Notes under the pieces: model-generated
What the model was told of the DNA's origin: nothing
The model's input: only the letters and a program-made list of their open reading frames with translations
Database searches by the model: none
Source of the DNA: Eledone cirrhosa
Taxonomy: Eukaryota
Direction of reading: 5' to 3'
Length of the DNA stretch: 64,000 nt
Assembly (NCBI GenBank): GCA_964016885.1
Contig: OZ024741.1
Span: 348,006,001 to 348,070,000 of the forward strand
Position numbers and translations under genes: made by a program
Part shown: positions 40,101 to 54,198 of the stretch, piece after piece
Numbering within the stretch: the stretch's first letter is position 1
Layout: each line of letters begins with the position of its first letter

Positions 40101-40609
40101 ACTTCCAGAAATCTCTGGCCTGGCAGTGCTACCGAAGAGCCTTGCCAGTTCGGGATAAACTCTACAGGCATGGAGGTCCCGTCAGCCGGGCATGTCCGAG
40201 AAGCGCGCAGGGCGACGAAACCGTCCAGCACGCACTCGTCCAGTGTCCGAAAATTGCTGACTTGTGGGTTTATGTCGAACACCTGCTGTCGCGTTTAGGA
40301 CGGATCCGGCTATCATCTGAGTCCATCGTGAGGATTGCCCCGCCCTCCTCCTTTAGCCGGGAAGGGCAGGCAGTTTTTATCTGTCTGGTGGCCATGGCTA
40401 AAGAGATAGTATGGTGGACACGTTTGAAAGGGCTGAAGACGAGCACTTACATCTTCGGTGATGCTCTGATTGACTTTTTCAAATTTCATTTGAAAAGGAA
40501 AATCAGAGTAGAGAGGGAAGTGCTCTCTTCCCAGCATTTTGTTGAAAGATGGGTGAGAGAAGCAAGAATGGCCCGAGTGAATGGGCCTACTCTGAGTATA
40601 TATCTGTAA
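37189..40609 (+). CDS. Tx1-like ORF2 (APE endonuclease-RT-Cys-rich), one +1 frameshift in the G run at ~37386-37392
   Basis: SINARGL, SETR, GDWN, YLDR, TDH (APE); KSPGLDGL, FRPITLLN, LDQSKAFD, RQGCPLS, AYADD (RT); C-P..ET..H...C. Confidence 0.9.
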
Positions 40610-40884
40610 ATTAAAGGTGGAAAACTGGGAGAGGGCACTTGCCTTGGTTGTCAGGGTCATTGTGGCTTTTTACTGGGCTTTCTCCACAAATGTCCCTTCG
40701 AAGTCTCCCCCTATTGGGGAATTTTTTATTGTTATTTTTTGTTACATCCTCTGTTTTTGTTTTTTACACGCAGAAATGCCCATTTGTACCGTCCTGCATT
40801 GTCCTGCACTGTCCTTAATGTCTACTTTATGTAAACCCTTGTGGTTAATAAAGAAATCATTATTATTATTATTATTGTTGTTAT

Positions 40885-42130
40885 TCTTTGAATCTCAGTC
40901 ATTGATGTTGGTTAACTGGAAAGTCCGTTGGAATGAATATCAAGCCACTACCTGCAGCCTCAGATATTCAGGACGTACGGAGGGTTCTTGCTGTTCCAAG
41001 CAAGCATGCCTTTTGAAGCGTTCCAAAAAGCGTGAAGGGGCCGATTTTCTTTAACCATCCCTGGAAACTTTTGGAGATAGGCCCCAGTGCGCCTATGACA
41101 ATCGGGATCACTTTGACTTCATGGCAGTTCCAAATCCTTTTCATCTCCCACTTTAGGTCCTGGTATCGGTTAATTTTCTCCCTCTCCTTCTCTTGCACTC
41201 TCGTGTCGAACGGGCAGGCCACATCCACAATCAGACACGATCTTTTTTCCTTGTCCACAACCACCAGGTCAGGTGTATTGTGTTCCAGTTTTTTGTCCGT
41301 CTGTATCCTAAAATCCCACAGCACCTTCACCTGATTGTTCTCCATCACCGCCTCTGGCCTATGCTCATACCATTTCTCAGAATGTGGTAAATTGTTTACT
41401 TTGCACAGGTGCCAGTGGATCACCCTGCCCATCGCATCGTGTCTCCAGCCCTTATAGTGGGTCTGGGCTAGGTGTTTACACTCGGACACAATGTGAGCCA
41501 CAGTCTCCTCTCTCTCTCCACAGATCCTGCACAGTGGGCTAGCCTCCTCCTTGTAAATATGGTGCTTCAACCACTTCGTTTTGAGGGCCTGCTCCTGCGC
41601 AGCCATTATCATTCCTTCTGTAGCCTTTTTGAGGTCTCCTCTTCTCAACCAGTTCCATGTCTGTGGATCTCTAAATTCAGTTTTCTCAAAGAAGGTACTA
41701 TGAAGGGATTTTCCCTTAAGGCTGCTCTTCCTCCTTGATGTTATTTCCTCCTTGGACATCCCCTGGCCTACTGTCCCCTCCTTCAGTACAGTTTTGAGCA
41801 TTGGCTCCTTACTATAGGTCACGTATTTGTATAGGTTGTTTTTCTCCATCTGAACACAGTCCTCTATGCTAATAAGACCTCTTCCACCCTCAGATCTCCT
41901 TAGGTAGAGTCTATCGACATCACTCCTCTTGTGGAACATGTTGTAGATAGTCAATAGCTTCCTAGTCTTCCTATCCATTTCTTTTTGTTCAGCAACATTC
42001 CATCTCAGAATTCCCGCACTGTATCTAATAATAGACACAGCTCGGGAATTTACTGCGCTTATGGCATTTCTGCTGTTCAGATGTGACTTCAATACGCTCC
42101 TTACTCTCCGAATGTATTCAGTTCTTAACA
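40885..42130 (-). mobile_element. 5'-truncated R4/Dong-like element (family B)
   Basis: RLYLRRSEGGRGL, CRICG..ETVAHIVSEC, RHD, PDLV, D.ACP.D, K..Y; bounded by (TTA)n. Confidence 0.92.
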
Positions 42131-42131
42131 A

Positions 42132-42190
<59 letters not shown>

Positions 42191-44372
42191 CCGTTGGAAT
42201 GAATATCAAGCCACTACCTGCAGCCTCAGATATTCAGGACGTATCGGAGGGTTCTTGCTGTTCCCAGCAAGCATGCCTTTTGAAGCGTACCAAAAAGCGT
42301 GAAGGGGCCGATTTTCTTTAACCATCCCTGGAAACTTTTGGAGATAATCCCCAGTGCGCCTATGACAATCGGGATCACTTTGACTTCATGGCTTTCCAAA
42401 TCTTTTTTACCTCCCACTTTAAGTCCTGGTATCGGTTAATTTTCTCCCTCTCCTTCTCTTGCACTCTCGTGTCGAATTGGCAGGCCACATCCACAATCAG
42501 ACACGATCTTTTTTCTTTGTCCACATCCACCAGGTCAGGTCTATTGTGTTCCAGTTTCTTGTCTGTCTGTATCCTAAAATCCCACAGTACCTTCACCTGA
42601 TCGTTCTCCATCACCGCCTCTGGCTTATGCTCATACCATTTCTCAGAATGTGGTAAATTGTTTACTTTGCACAGGTGCCAGTGGATCACCCTGCCCATCA
42701 CATCATGTCTCCAGCCCTTATAGTGGGTCTGGGCTAGGTGTTTACACTCGGATACAATGTGAGCCACAGTCTCCTCTCTCTCTCCACAGATCCTGCACAG
42801 TGGGCTAGCCTCCTCCTTGTGAATATGGTGTTTCAACCACTTCGTTTTGAGGGCCTGCTCCTGCGCAGCCTTTATCATTCCTTCTGTAGCCTTTTTAAGG
42901 TCTCCTCTTCTCAACCAGTTCCATGTCTTTGGATCTCTAAATTCAGTTTTCTCAAAGAAGGTACTATGAAGGGATTTTTCCTGAAGGCTGCTCTTTCTCC
43001 TTGATGTTATTTCCTCTTTGGACATCCCCCGGCCTATTGTCCCTTCCTTCAGTACAGTTCTGAGCATTGGCTCCTTACCATCAGTCACGTATTTGTGTAG
43101 GTTGTTTTTCTCCATCTGAACACAGTCCTCTATGCTCATAAGACCTCTTCCACCCTCAGATCTCCTTAGGTAGAGTCTATCGACATCACTCCTCTTGTGG
43201 AACATGTTGTAGATAGTCAATAGCTTCCTAGTCTTCCTATCCATTTCTTTTTGTTCAGCAACATTCCATCTCAGAATTCCCGCACTGTACCTAATAATAG
43301 ACACAGCTCGGGAATTTACTGCGCTTATGGCATTTTTGCTGTTCAGATGTGACTTCAATACGCTCCTTATTCTCCGAATGTGTTCATTTCTTAACAATTC
43401 CTTCATTTTTTTCTTTATGCCATCAGCCTCCAGAACGCCCAAATACTTGTATCCTTCCTCAGAGTTAATTTCCTTTATCATCTCACCTGTTGATATCTGG
43501 ATTCCGTTACTTCTGCTCAACCTACCCCCCCCCCCCTCATCACAATGACTCCACACTTACTAATACCAAACTGCATACATATATCACTGCTGAAAATGCG
43601 GACAGCGTCAACAAGCACATCCAACCCCTTCTCACTCTTCCCGAAGAGCTTAAGATCGTCCATGAAGAGGAGGTGATTGATGGTAAGCCCTCCCTTTCCC
43701 AACCCGTATACTGCTCTCACTTTTCGCTGTACACTGGTCAGGGGCATCAGGGCAAGGACAAACAACAGAGGGGTCAGGATATCTCCCTGGAAGATACCTC
43801 TCTTGATCTTCACGCTTCCCAAGGATTCTCCAGTTGATGTCAACTCTGTTTCCCAGGACCTCATACACTTGCCCAACAACTGTCTGATGTTATCTGCCAC
43901 CTTGAAGATCTCCAGGCTTTTGGTGATCCAAGAATGAGGCACCATGTCAAATGCCTTTCTGTAGTCTATCCATCCCATGGCAAGATCAGTGTGTCTCCTC
44001 CTGCAATTCCCCATTACCATCTTATCAATAAGTAACTGGTCCTTTGTACCACGTGACTTCTTTCGGCATCCTTTCTGTTCGTCCGGTAACAAGTTGCTTG
44101 TGTGGAGGTGATGGTAGATTTCCTCAGACACAATGCTCGTCAACAGTTTCCACATTACGGACAGACATGTGATAGGTCTCTAGTTGGTAACATCATTACC
44201 CTTGATTCGGTCTTTCATTATCAGAACTGTGGTACCTTTTGTCAACCACTCTGGTACCTCACCTGACATCAAGCAGTCATTGAACATGGTTGTCAGTTTC
44301 GGGTGGAGGGATGTTATATTTTTAATCCAATACCCCTGCACACCATCTGGGCCTGGTGATTTCCAGTTGGTT
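42191..44372 (-). mobile_element. Longer 5'-truncated R4/Dong-like element (family B)
   Basis: ORFs 43517-44155 ([22 protein letters not shown]), 42375-43556 and 42226-42417; bounded by (TTA)n. Confidence 0.92.
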
Positions 44373-44834
44373 AGTTTATTATTATTATTATTATTATTAT
44401 GATTATTATTATTATTATTATCGTCATCATCATCGTCATAGTGTGCAAATCTTTTCTGATCCGTTTACAATGTATCACATACCATGAGATTAACCAGATA
44501 CTGCCATATTTCTATAGCTATAACTTTACATAACTAAGCCTGACAGCCCTGAATATCTCACGAATGATATTATGTTCTAATATGCTTTAAATGCAGGTCT
44601 AGGTATGCCATATATCAATGCAGCTTATCGTTCTGGAATAAGATATGTTTATTTGTAAAGTTAATTTCCCGTACACTGAATTCCTGAAAGCAGTTTAACA
44701 TTTTATTAACATGAAACATACCAAGCCGCGTTTATTGCTGCAACATTTATGACTGTGATAATGGCAACACTAGGGCAGATTAGAATCATATGATAACAAT
44801 AGTTCCAGAAGAATTGTTTGAATCCGTCATTCTT

Positions 44835-45081
<247 letters not shown>

Positions 45082-45100
45082 GAGAGAGAGCGAGAGAGAT

Positions 45101-45184
<84 letters not shown>

Positions 45185-45258
45185 GGGGGGTAGTTAGAGA
45201 GAAATAGATATATATTTAATGTGAAGAATGATGTACTCATGCGCGGAGATGCTATAAA

Positions 45259-46764
45259 TCTATATATATAAAACTGATTGACCTGCAAAATTCATCAGTT
45301 CGAACACTTTGCTTCATTTCCATTTAAAAGCCTTTTAAAACAATATTTTTACTTGAAAACAAGTCTATTTAAAGACTACGTAAAACAAGCAAATATTTCG
45401 GAAAAAAAAGCAAAAATTATTTAAGTTTATTTAAAATATATGTATCTGTATATTTCGTTAGGCGTGCAGACAGACAGTCGTGCAGAGAGGTGATATACGT
45501 GTGCAGACAGACAGTCGTGCAGAGAGGTGATATAGGCGTGCAGACAGACAGTCGTGCAGAGAGGTGATATAGGCGTGCAGACAGACAGTCGTGCAGAGAG
45601 GTGATATAGGCGTGCAGACAGACATCTATATATATAAAACTGAGGTTGTATGTCTGTCTATCGATTTTTGGCACACATCTCCTCTTAGAATCTCTCACGG
45701 AATTGCACCGAAATTGCTATACTTGTACATTGAGCCCTACCGAAGACATCGGAAAAAAAATATTTCAAATTGACCCGCCCTATCTGACGAAATCGAATAT
45801 AATGTATCGATTTTTGAGCGTAAGTGATCAGTTATTTCCCTTTGTTCTGTTTACATTCAGCGTAGCGTCTTACGTTCTCTTTACATTTTCTGCGTGCAAA
45901 AATTAAAAAAATGATTTCCCTTTGTTCTGTTTACATTCAACGTAGCGTCTTACGTTCTGTTTACATTTTCTGCGTGCAAAGATTAAAAAAATTACGCTGG
46001 CAAAAATTAAAAAATTACGCTGGCTTTCTCAGCGTTTAAAATGACATTAACACAATACACGAACAGTTGTCGAGCCAGCAAAATTTTGACCTGCAAAATT
46101 CATCAGTTCGAACACTAAGCTTCCGTTTTGCTTCATTTCCATTTAAAAGCCTTTTAAAACAATATTTTTACTTGAAAACAAGTCTATTTAAAGACAACGT
46201 AAAACAAGCAAATATTTCGTAAAAAAAAGCAAAAATTATATAAGTCTATTTAAAATATATGTATCTGTAAATTTCGTTAGGCGTGCAGACAGACAGTCGT
46301 GCAGACAGACAGTCGTGCAGAGAGGTGATATAGGCGTGCAGACAGACAGTCGTGCAGATAGGTGATATAGGCGTGCAGACAGACAGTCGTGCAGAGAGTT
46401 GATATAGGCGTGCAGACAGACAGTCGTGCAGAGAGGTGATATAGGCGTGCAGACAGACATAACTGATAATTTGGTTACGCTAATGTTTTTCTCTGCGTTG
46501 CAGTGTTTACATTTTCGATCTTTGTTAATAAATAACCAGTGCAGTTTTTATCCCCAGCATCCTCTTTTGTTATAACATTCGGGTTATCGTTATGTTTTCT
46601 TAACTTCATAAGGCATATTGTTGGTTGAGGGAATATTAATCAAAAACACCACATGCAAGTCTGCACAGTAGACACTACAGTTTTTAAGCCAAAAAAGAAA
46701 CTTAACATTGTAACTTTAACACAGCTACTGAGCGACCCCGAGCAACGCCGGGCTTTACTGCTAG
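45259..46764 (+). mobile_element. Non-autonomous Helitron (composite, two 5' ends)
   Basis: A|TCTATATATATAAAACTGA at 45259 and 45625; 3' GC hairpin CCCG-agcaacgc-CGGG followed by CTAG|T at 46761-46764. Confidence 0.85.
45460..45624. repeat. ~37 bp minisatellite (GGCGTGCAGACAGACAGTCGTGCAGAGAGGTGATATA); second array at 46279-46459
   Basis: Direct reading; both arrays lie within duplicated Helitron blocks ~45278-45624 and ~46086-46459. Confidence 0.92.
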
Positions 46765-46889
46765 TAGCTTATAAAATAAAAGACCTTTTAAAGACGGAAA
46801 AAGAAGTTCCTATCAATCGATTATATATATATTTATAAACTCACCCCAGTACACACTTAAACGCATGCACACACATACATGCACACGCA

Positions 46890-46989
<100 letters not shown>

Positions 46990-47959
46990 AACACACACAC
47001 ATGTATATATTAATGTATATGTTTTAAGCGCCGAAACATCTATGATCTGCAGTTAACGGCTGATGAAGCGGTTCTCCTCTTGTTTCGTCCATATTGGCAT
47101 TTTAATTTTTGTTTAAAGTAGCCACACAGCACGCTTCGTGTATATAATTATATATATATATATATATCAACTAGAAATTGATTGACATACCTATATTTAA
47201 AATAAACACATGAAACAATCACAGGGGATAATTTGTACAAATTATCCCCTGTGATTAATTGCTCGGATCTATTCATTGGAATCTTTGAGCTTATTCTACG
47301 GTGGATATGGCGCATGTCTCGGACATGACTTCCTTAATTTAATTTAATTAATTAATTTCATATATATATATATATATATAAAGCGATTAAAGGTTGATTG
47401 CATGAATGCGTACCTAGTCAAAAGTTGCATCACTTTACATTTCAGATTTAAGCTAGGAGATTAAAAGTACACTTTTTTGTCACATGTGCTTTCGTGTCAT
47501 GTTTAAACACACTATCCTAGAATATGCGTTATATGAGTTACTCGTTCAAATTTTACTGGCGCTTCTGTCCATATTTTCCGTCTTAATGTGCACTGTTCGA
47601 TTTGTTCAATTAACACCTGTAGTCACTCATCATTAATTAGAGTTATCATCATTAATCTTCATATTTCTCCAATATGATTTAAACAAATATTGTAAAGTTT
47701 CTGAAAAGTGATTTAAACAAATATTGTACTGCTTCTGAAAAGCTAAACAGTCATTACTTCATAACGAATACGCATTAAATTATTCTGCAGGTTGTGGCGT
47801 AGAATTTAAATAAATATTTTCATCATCTTTAATCTGAGACCGTTATTTTGATTCATAAAGTTCATAAAAATTCTTTTTCCAACACACACACACACGCGCA
47901 CACAAACACACACACACACACATACACACATACACACACACAAACAAGCACACAAACAA

Positions 47960-47991
<32 letters not shown>

Positions 47992-48022
47992 TTTTTTTTT
48001 TTATTTATCAAAATAACAGATT

Positions 48023-48075
<53 letters not shown>

Positions 48076-48258
48076 CTGTGTGTGTGTGTGTGTGTGTGTG
48101 TGGGTGTGTGTGTGGGTGTGTGTGTGTGTGTGTGTGTGTGCGTGTGTATGGGTATGTGGCGTCACTGCCTGCTTCTGACAACTATGTCACAGCAACAATT
48201 TCTATCTCAGATTTAAAGTGGTTTTACGAATTGTCATCCCTCTTACTCTCCATAATTC

Positions 48259-48359
48259 ATTGTCTCCTGATGAAGCCAACGTAGTATCACAGTTTTCGGC
48301 CAGTTACAAATTGCACTTATTGTAACTTATCGGCAGAAACCCGGTTCCAGAGGTACAAT
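48259..48359 (+). ncRNA. Type I hammerhead motif
   Basis: ATTGTCTC-CTGATGA-A-GCC...GGC-A-GAAA-CCCGGT-TC-caGAGgtACAAT; helix I is imperfect. Confidence 0.6.
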
Positions 48360-48469
48360 TGTAAACCTCACATTACGAATATAAACTTGTTTGCACTCTG
48401 ATACTTGTTTTCCTCATTGAGTTAGCTAATTTGAGCCATCGGGATTATAGCTAATACTATGCCTCGTCA

Positions 48470-48528
<59 letters not shown>

Positions 48529-48532
<4 letters not shown>

Positions 48533-49209
48533 AGTTAATATAAATTAATATATATGATAAAACACAAATACCAACATATAAGTGTTTGTATTGTAAATGA
48601 CTAAGTTAGCTAGATTGAAAAATACTAATTATAATAATACAGTTTGCCTGTCTCGATTTAAAATAATAAATCAATAAAAACAAACGATATTGGCAAATGG
48701 CCGTGGTACTTAGACAAATTTAAATTTCAAAATCAAACTTGTTCCGTAGATAAGTTTAAATTTCAAAATCCAAATAAGTTTCTGGAAAACCATGTGCGTT
48801 AAACAATCTTTTTAAATATTTTGAAGTGAAACATACCAATTGTTCAGGGTACTTACTGAGGAGAGCTGAACGGGGTATTTTTTCACTTTTTCATCTCGAA
48901 ACTTATTTGGATTTTGAAGTTTAAACTTGTCTGCGGAACAGGTTTGATTTTGAAATTTAAATTTGTCTAAGTACCACGGCCATTTGCCAATATCGTTTGT
49001 TTTTATTGATTTATTATAATTAGTATTTACAGGCAAACTGTATTATTATAATTAGTATTTTTCAATCTAGCTAACTTAGTCATTTACAATACAAACACTT
49101 ATATGTTGGTATTTGTGTTTTATCATATATATTAATTTATATTAACTTGTATTACACGGCTCAGAAATACTTGTAAAGGACTGCTTGAGTTTAGAACTCA
49201 TTATTCTTA

Positions 49210-49210
<1 letters not shown>
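48529..49210. mobile_element. Fold-back TA-flanked element (family of 12467-13258)
   Basis: Arms 48529-48782 and 48898-49151; CTGAGGA-GAG...CTC-GAAAC at ~48856-48902. Confidence 0.85.
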
Positions 49211-49294
<84 letters not shown>

Positions 49295-49300
49295 AATATA

Positions 49301-49342
<42 letters not shown>

Positions 49343-50976
49343 ATGCTTTAATAATGGAATATTTAGAGTATATGGAAATATTGTTAATGAAAGTCACACG
49401 ATATCATTGGTATTTTTAGAACACGTAGGTTTTTAAATTACATTTCCTTATTATCTTTCTTATAGGGAGGAGAAGATATGTTGCTAATTATCGACTCTGA
49501 CTAATGTTAACTAAAAATATGGGGATAGCATTTATTGTCTGGGAAGCATACCATTAATTCTAGTCGCGTATGATAGCCATCTATCCGAGTTTGAATTCTC
49601 TGAAAATCTAAATGCATTACATTTATGTCTGGATTGACATTAAATCATACTGCAGTATGTTAATTGGCAGAGTGATTAGAGCACTTAATGTTATTTGTTC
49701 TGGCTCTTTACAAGTTGATTTGACGTGTACACTGAGGTAAACATTCTGTTTGATCATTACGATGTCCATAAAATAAAATAGGTTTGTAGGCATTGGATAG
49801 ATGAGATGGAAGTGAGAAGGTATCATAGATTGGGACTCATTTTTGTATGCTTACATCAGACTGTATGTAAATGGAAAATTAGGTAAGCTGACCGTGCTAG
49901 GCTGGTGTGATTCAAAAATTTACCACAAATTGCTTGAACGAACATCATGAAGTATAATATATTTTTCCTAAGTTTCTCTCACTGTGTCGCTCTCTCCCGG
50001 GCGCTCGGATAGTTCAGCCTTCCTTGAGTGCTTGGAAAAATAAATTTACCCTCTTTCAGTAAACGAAATTACTCGGAGCGTCTCGCTTCGCTCCGGGGCC
50101 CGCCGTGCCGCCTGTTATGACCGCCATATTATACATATAAACACTAGGCCTAAGCATGACTATTAGCTGTATCATGCCTCCTTCTACTGGCATGTAAATA
50201 AACCACTCCTGTGTGAATTAATAGTATTCGTTTGGTATAGACGATGGCCTGTCAAAAATGGTAGACTTCCCGCTAGCACACCCGAAGCCTAAAGCAGTTA
50301 CGTTCCTAGAGTACTCGGAAAAATTAATTTTCATTTAATTCGCTAGACGATACCACTTGCAACTGGCTGACACGTGGTTAGGGGGTGCTGGCTGGGATTT
50401 ACGATCGAGGGCTTTAATTTTTACTCTATATCCCACCCTGATAATTTATCGAGATTCTCTATAATACACTTAAACATTTTCATATAAGATTCTCTCTGTA
50501 ATTTTCTTAAATAAATCTCGCAACCCAAACCTCTAAGTTTTAATATTTTTTTTTTATTTTTTTATTTTTAATTTCTTAATTTTTTTATTTTTTTATTTAA
50601 TTTCATCCTATAACACTAAACATATGTTTAACGTTCCAATTTTCTGTTCACACATTATACCATATAGACGCCTACTATATATGCCTCTGTCAAGATATTG
50701 GTTCTTTGGAATAACATTTTTCGCGACGATTTCTAGCCTGACTGTAGTGTGACCCTTCTTTCTTTCTTTCTTTCTTCCTTTTTTTTCTCTTTGACGGAGA
50801 GGTGGTAGTACATTATAAGCCTTCGCTCCCTCACCAGATGGTCATTAGTAGACCGAGTAGCCATCACTTGAGGGCGACTGACTGGTGTCAAAGCAGCTAG
50901 TTGGTCAATCGTCCTCTTTGTCTTTGATTTTCGGACCAATGGATTTTATCTGTTATGTTCCTTTGTTATATTTCGA

Positions 50977-51033
50977 ATACCTGATGATATCACCGGATTT
51001 ATACGGAACCTGTCATTGAAATGATCATCGTAT
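50977..51033 (+). ncRNA. Type I hammerhead
   Basis: ATAC-CTGATGA-T-ATCAC..GTCAT-T-GAAA-TGATCA-TC-GTAT; palindromic loop III, one mismatch in helix II. Confidence 0.72.
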
Positions 51034-52927
51034 AATAAACCTTTCAAGGATTTACACTAGTCCAGCCTCCTGTTAATTAATTTATTCAATTTATATTTCA
51101 GAGAGAGTGTGGTAAGATACCTTGTGGACCAGAACCCACAAGAGTACTCGGTACTTGGGATAGTAGAGTGGGTAATATGAAAAGATTAAGGACCTCGACG
51201 GCTGAGCTCCGGCTGTTTCGACACCCGTCTGGCTCCTGAATATTTTCATATATATATATATATATATATATATGCATTTCTCTCTCGTGCTGCTGGTATT
51301 ATTGTTTCAATGTTGTTGTCCACTTTTTAATGATATTCCTTAGAATATCATTACTGTTGCTGTTGCTGCTAAATTTGCCACACTTATTGCATGATATTGA
51401 TTTTGTTGGCGCCTTGATGTCAGCAACAGTGAGTTCTCTAAAACTCTGCTTTTTCATCTGAGCACAATACACTCAGCTGTTTTTAGCAGCATATAATTGG
51501 CAATTAGGCATACTAATAATCACTGTGGTACGTAGAGCCGGCATGTTCGGCAGGTTGATGAGGTCAGGGAATCCTACGACATGTTTCGATTTGTCCACAA
51601 ATAAACCTGTGGAAGGATTCCAGAACAATCCTCTTGCTGCTGGATGATATTATTTCTTTGCAAAACGATGCTGCACATGATCCTGTTGACGACTCATTCT
51701 GGAAGGATATATGATTATCTTAGCTTGATTCTTCTTCTCGCCATTGGGAAAAGTTACAAGTGACATCTCAGCACTTTAAATGCCTTGCCCTTAGCACAAT
51801 CTCTATATGTAGCCATACGTGCTCTCGGATATATGGACATGGGTTGATGCTTCTGGTGATTTGCCCTTGCCGATAGGAATTTTTCTTTGCTAAAATTCAA
51901 CTTTATATTTCTGTCACCATTGATTGTTTCTTAAAATGTTCTCAACAGCTCCGTTTTCGCTTCTGTCATCACTGAGATGAACATCTTCTATCTGACTCTA
52001 TTGCTGCTTTCGATGCTGTTGATTTATATTGTCAGTGCTACCTCATATGCTGGTTTTGGTGATGGTTCTGCTATCGCCTTCCTCTCAATTATCTTCGAAA
52101 TATATATATATATATATTGTTAATTGTATTACTATCAATATTATTTTTAATTTCGTCAATGCTGGCATTTTCTTGGTTGTGATTGATGTTATTACACTTA
52201 CCTTGGTATATTTGAGGTATAGTTTTTTTTTACTGATAGTGGATTAGACGTTGATGGTGCCGCTGATACTGGTATTGTCCTGTATATATACTGGGTCTTA
52301 TTTTCATTTCCATTGTTTATCTAAACCGAATGACGAATATTGCAATATGGGGAAGAAAATGTAACTTACCCAACAACACAGAAATTCCAACTGATAATCT
52401 AGAATGACGTGGGATACGAACATATAAGTTATGTGAAAAGTCTTGTGTTTCGGAAATCCCAGTTATGATGGCAGTGACACATATATAAAGTAATGGCTCA
52501 GCATATATCCCGTCATGAATCACTTGAATTCGTACTCCGGCTAATTTGAGAATTCTCCTCAAGAATATCGTTATGAAATATTTGATTGATAATGACGTTG
52601 ATAATCGTTAACTTTCGGCATTCGGCCATGCTACAGTTGCTGAGCACTGTCTGATGAACTGTCAGTTCGTGCAAATTATGAATTAGAGTTCGCTGTACAA
52701 TTCAGTGAAACTAGATATTTTTTGCGTCTGAGAAGGGCGAGATTCCACTGTGTTATACACTGAAAATTTAGGTGCTGGATCATATATAAATATACAATAA
52801 CAAATAGTATTAGGTCACTTATGTGAATGCAGATTATGCGGTCGTATTTAGAAATTCTTACAAACACTTAAACAAAATCGTTTTAAAAAGAGCTATGTAA
52901 AATATACAGTTCAAAGGAAAATATAAT

Positions 52928-53640
52928 AATTGTTTCAGCTTTTGGCACAAGGTCAGCAATTTCCCAGTGCATTAATGGTACTTTATTTTATCGAACCCGT
53001 AAGGATGAAAGGCAAACTTAACCTCGACGGGATTTGAAATCAAAATGGCAAAGGACGTAACTCTATGAGTCAAAGCATGGCGTCCGACCCTCTACCGATA
53101 CTGCCAATCCCCCGCCATAATCCACCGCAATAATGATTTCTATTATAGGTAGAAGGACAGCATTTTTGTTTTGCCGGGGATCGATTAAATCGACCCAGTA
53201 TGTGACTGGTATTTTATATATCGACACTGAGAATGAATGGAAAAGCTAACCTCGGTGGGATTTGAATTCAGACCGTAAATAGTCGTAACTCTATGCCAAA
53301 AAGCAGGGTGTTCGACGCACTACCGTTAGATCCAATCCACTGCCCTTGTAATGATAATAATAATAATGTTTCTACGTTTGGCACAAGGCCAGCAATAACT
53401 TCAGTACATTACTGGCGCTTTACTTTATCGACCCCGTAAAGATGAAAAGCAAAGCTAACCGCGGCAGGATTTAAACTCAGAACGTAAGGGGCCGTATCTC
53501 TACGACACAGTGCATGTTATATGAATGATAATAATAATTGTTTCTACTTTTGGTACAAGGCCAGCAATTACGCCGGTGCATTACTAGTACTTTATTTTAT
53601 CGATCCTGTAAGCATGAAACGCAAAGTTAACTCAGAAGGT
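52928..53640 (-). mobile_element. Cluster of ~4 tandem tRNA-derived SINE copies
   Basis: Reverse complements of the unit at 1-425, joined by short (TAA)-like linkers. Confidence 0.85.
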
Positions 53641-54126
53641 AAAGGGAATTATAATGATTACTTAACAAATGGACATAGAAATTGCATGACCGCAACTCTG
53701 GCTATCAAATATCAATATATTTATCACTAGTAGCATATGGTTTAAGGTTATGTTAACCTAAATAGTGGGAAGTAGGCGAACACATGATTGAGATACTTTA
53801 CAAATTTTGATTTCAAGATTTCTTACATATAACAATCATTACCAGCTGCCAATTCAGCTCAACATATTGTAATTCTCGCAAGAAAACCCTACCCATACAC
53901 ACATATATACACATACACATACACATACACACACAAACACATACACACACTGTGCCGTGAAGCCTTTAAAGTGAGCAAAGGCACTGCACAAAGCCAATCC
54001 CACTCTCTTAACCAAGATGGAATTTACCAAAAAGAAGAACAAGTCAACATCATTGGATACCATCAGGGTTGAAGGTGTTATATCAGAGTTTTCCTTTGTC
54101 AAGGAAGAATACTACGAGAAGGAAAT

Positions 54127-54165
<39 letters not shown>

Positions 54166-54198
54166 GCATACATATGTATATACGTGCATGTCTGTGCA

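Larger units (their letters stand above)
34911..40857 (+). mobile_element. Full-length Tx1/L1-clade non-LTR retrotransposon
   Basis: 5'UTR, ORF1, 35 nt spacer, ORF2, 3'UTR with AATAAA; flanked on both sides by (TTA)n. Confidence 0.93.

Noticed and set aside
45460-46459. 37 bp repeats resembling a CRISPR array
   Set aside because: No unique spacers and no cas genes; it is a tandem minisatellite inside a Helitron in animal DNA.
50074-50110. GC hairpin CGGAGCG..CGCTCCG, possible transposon end
   Set aside because: I could not identify a matching terminus or element boundaries.
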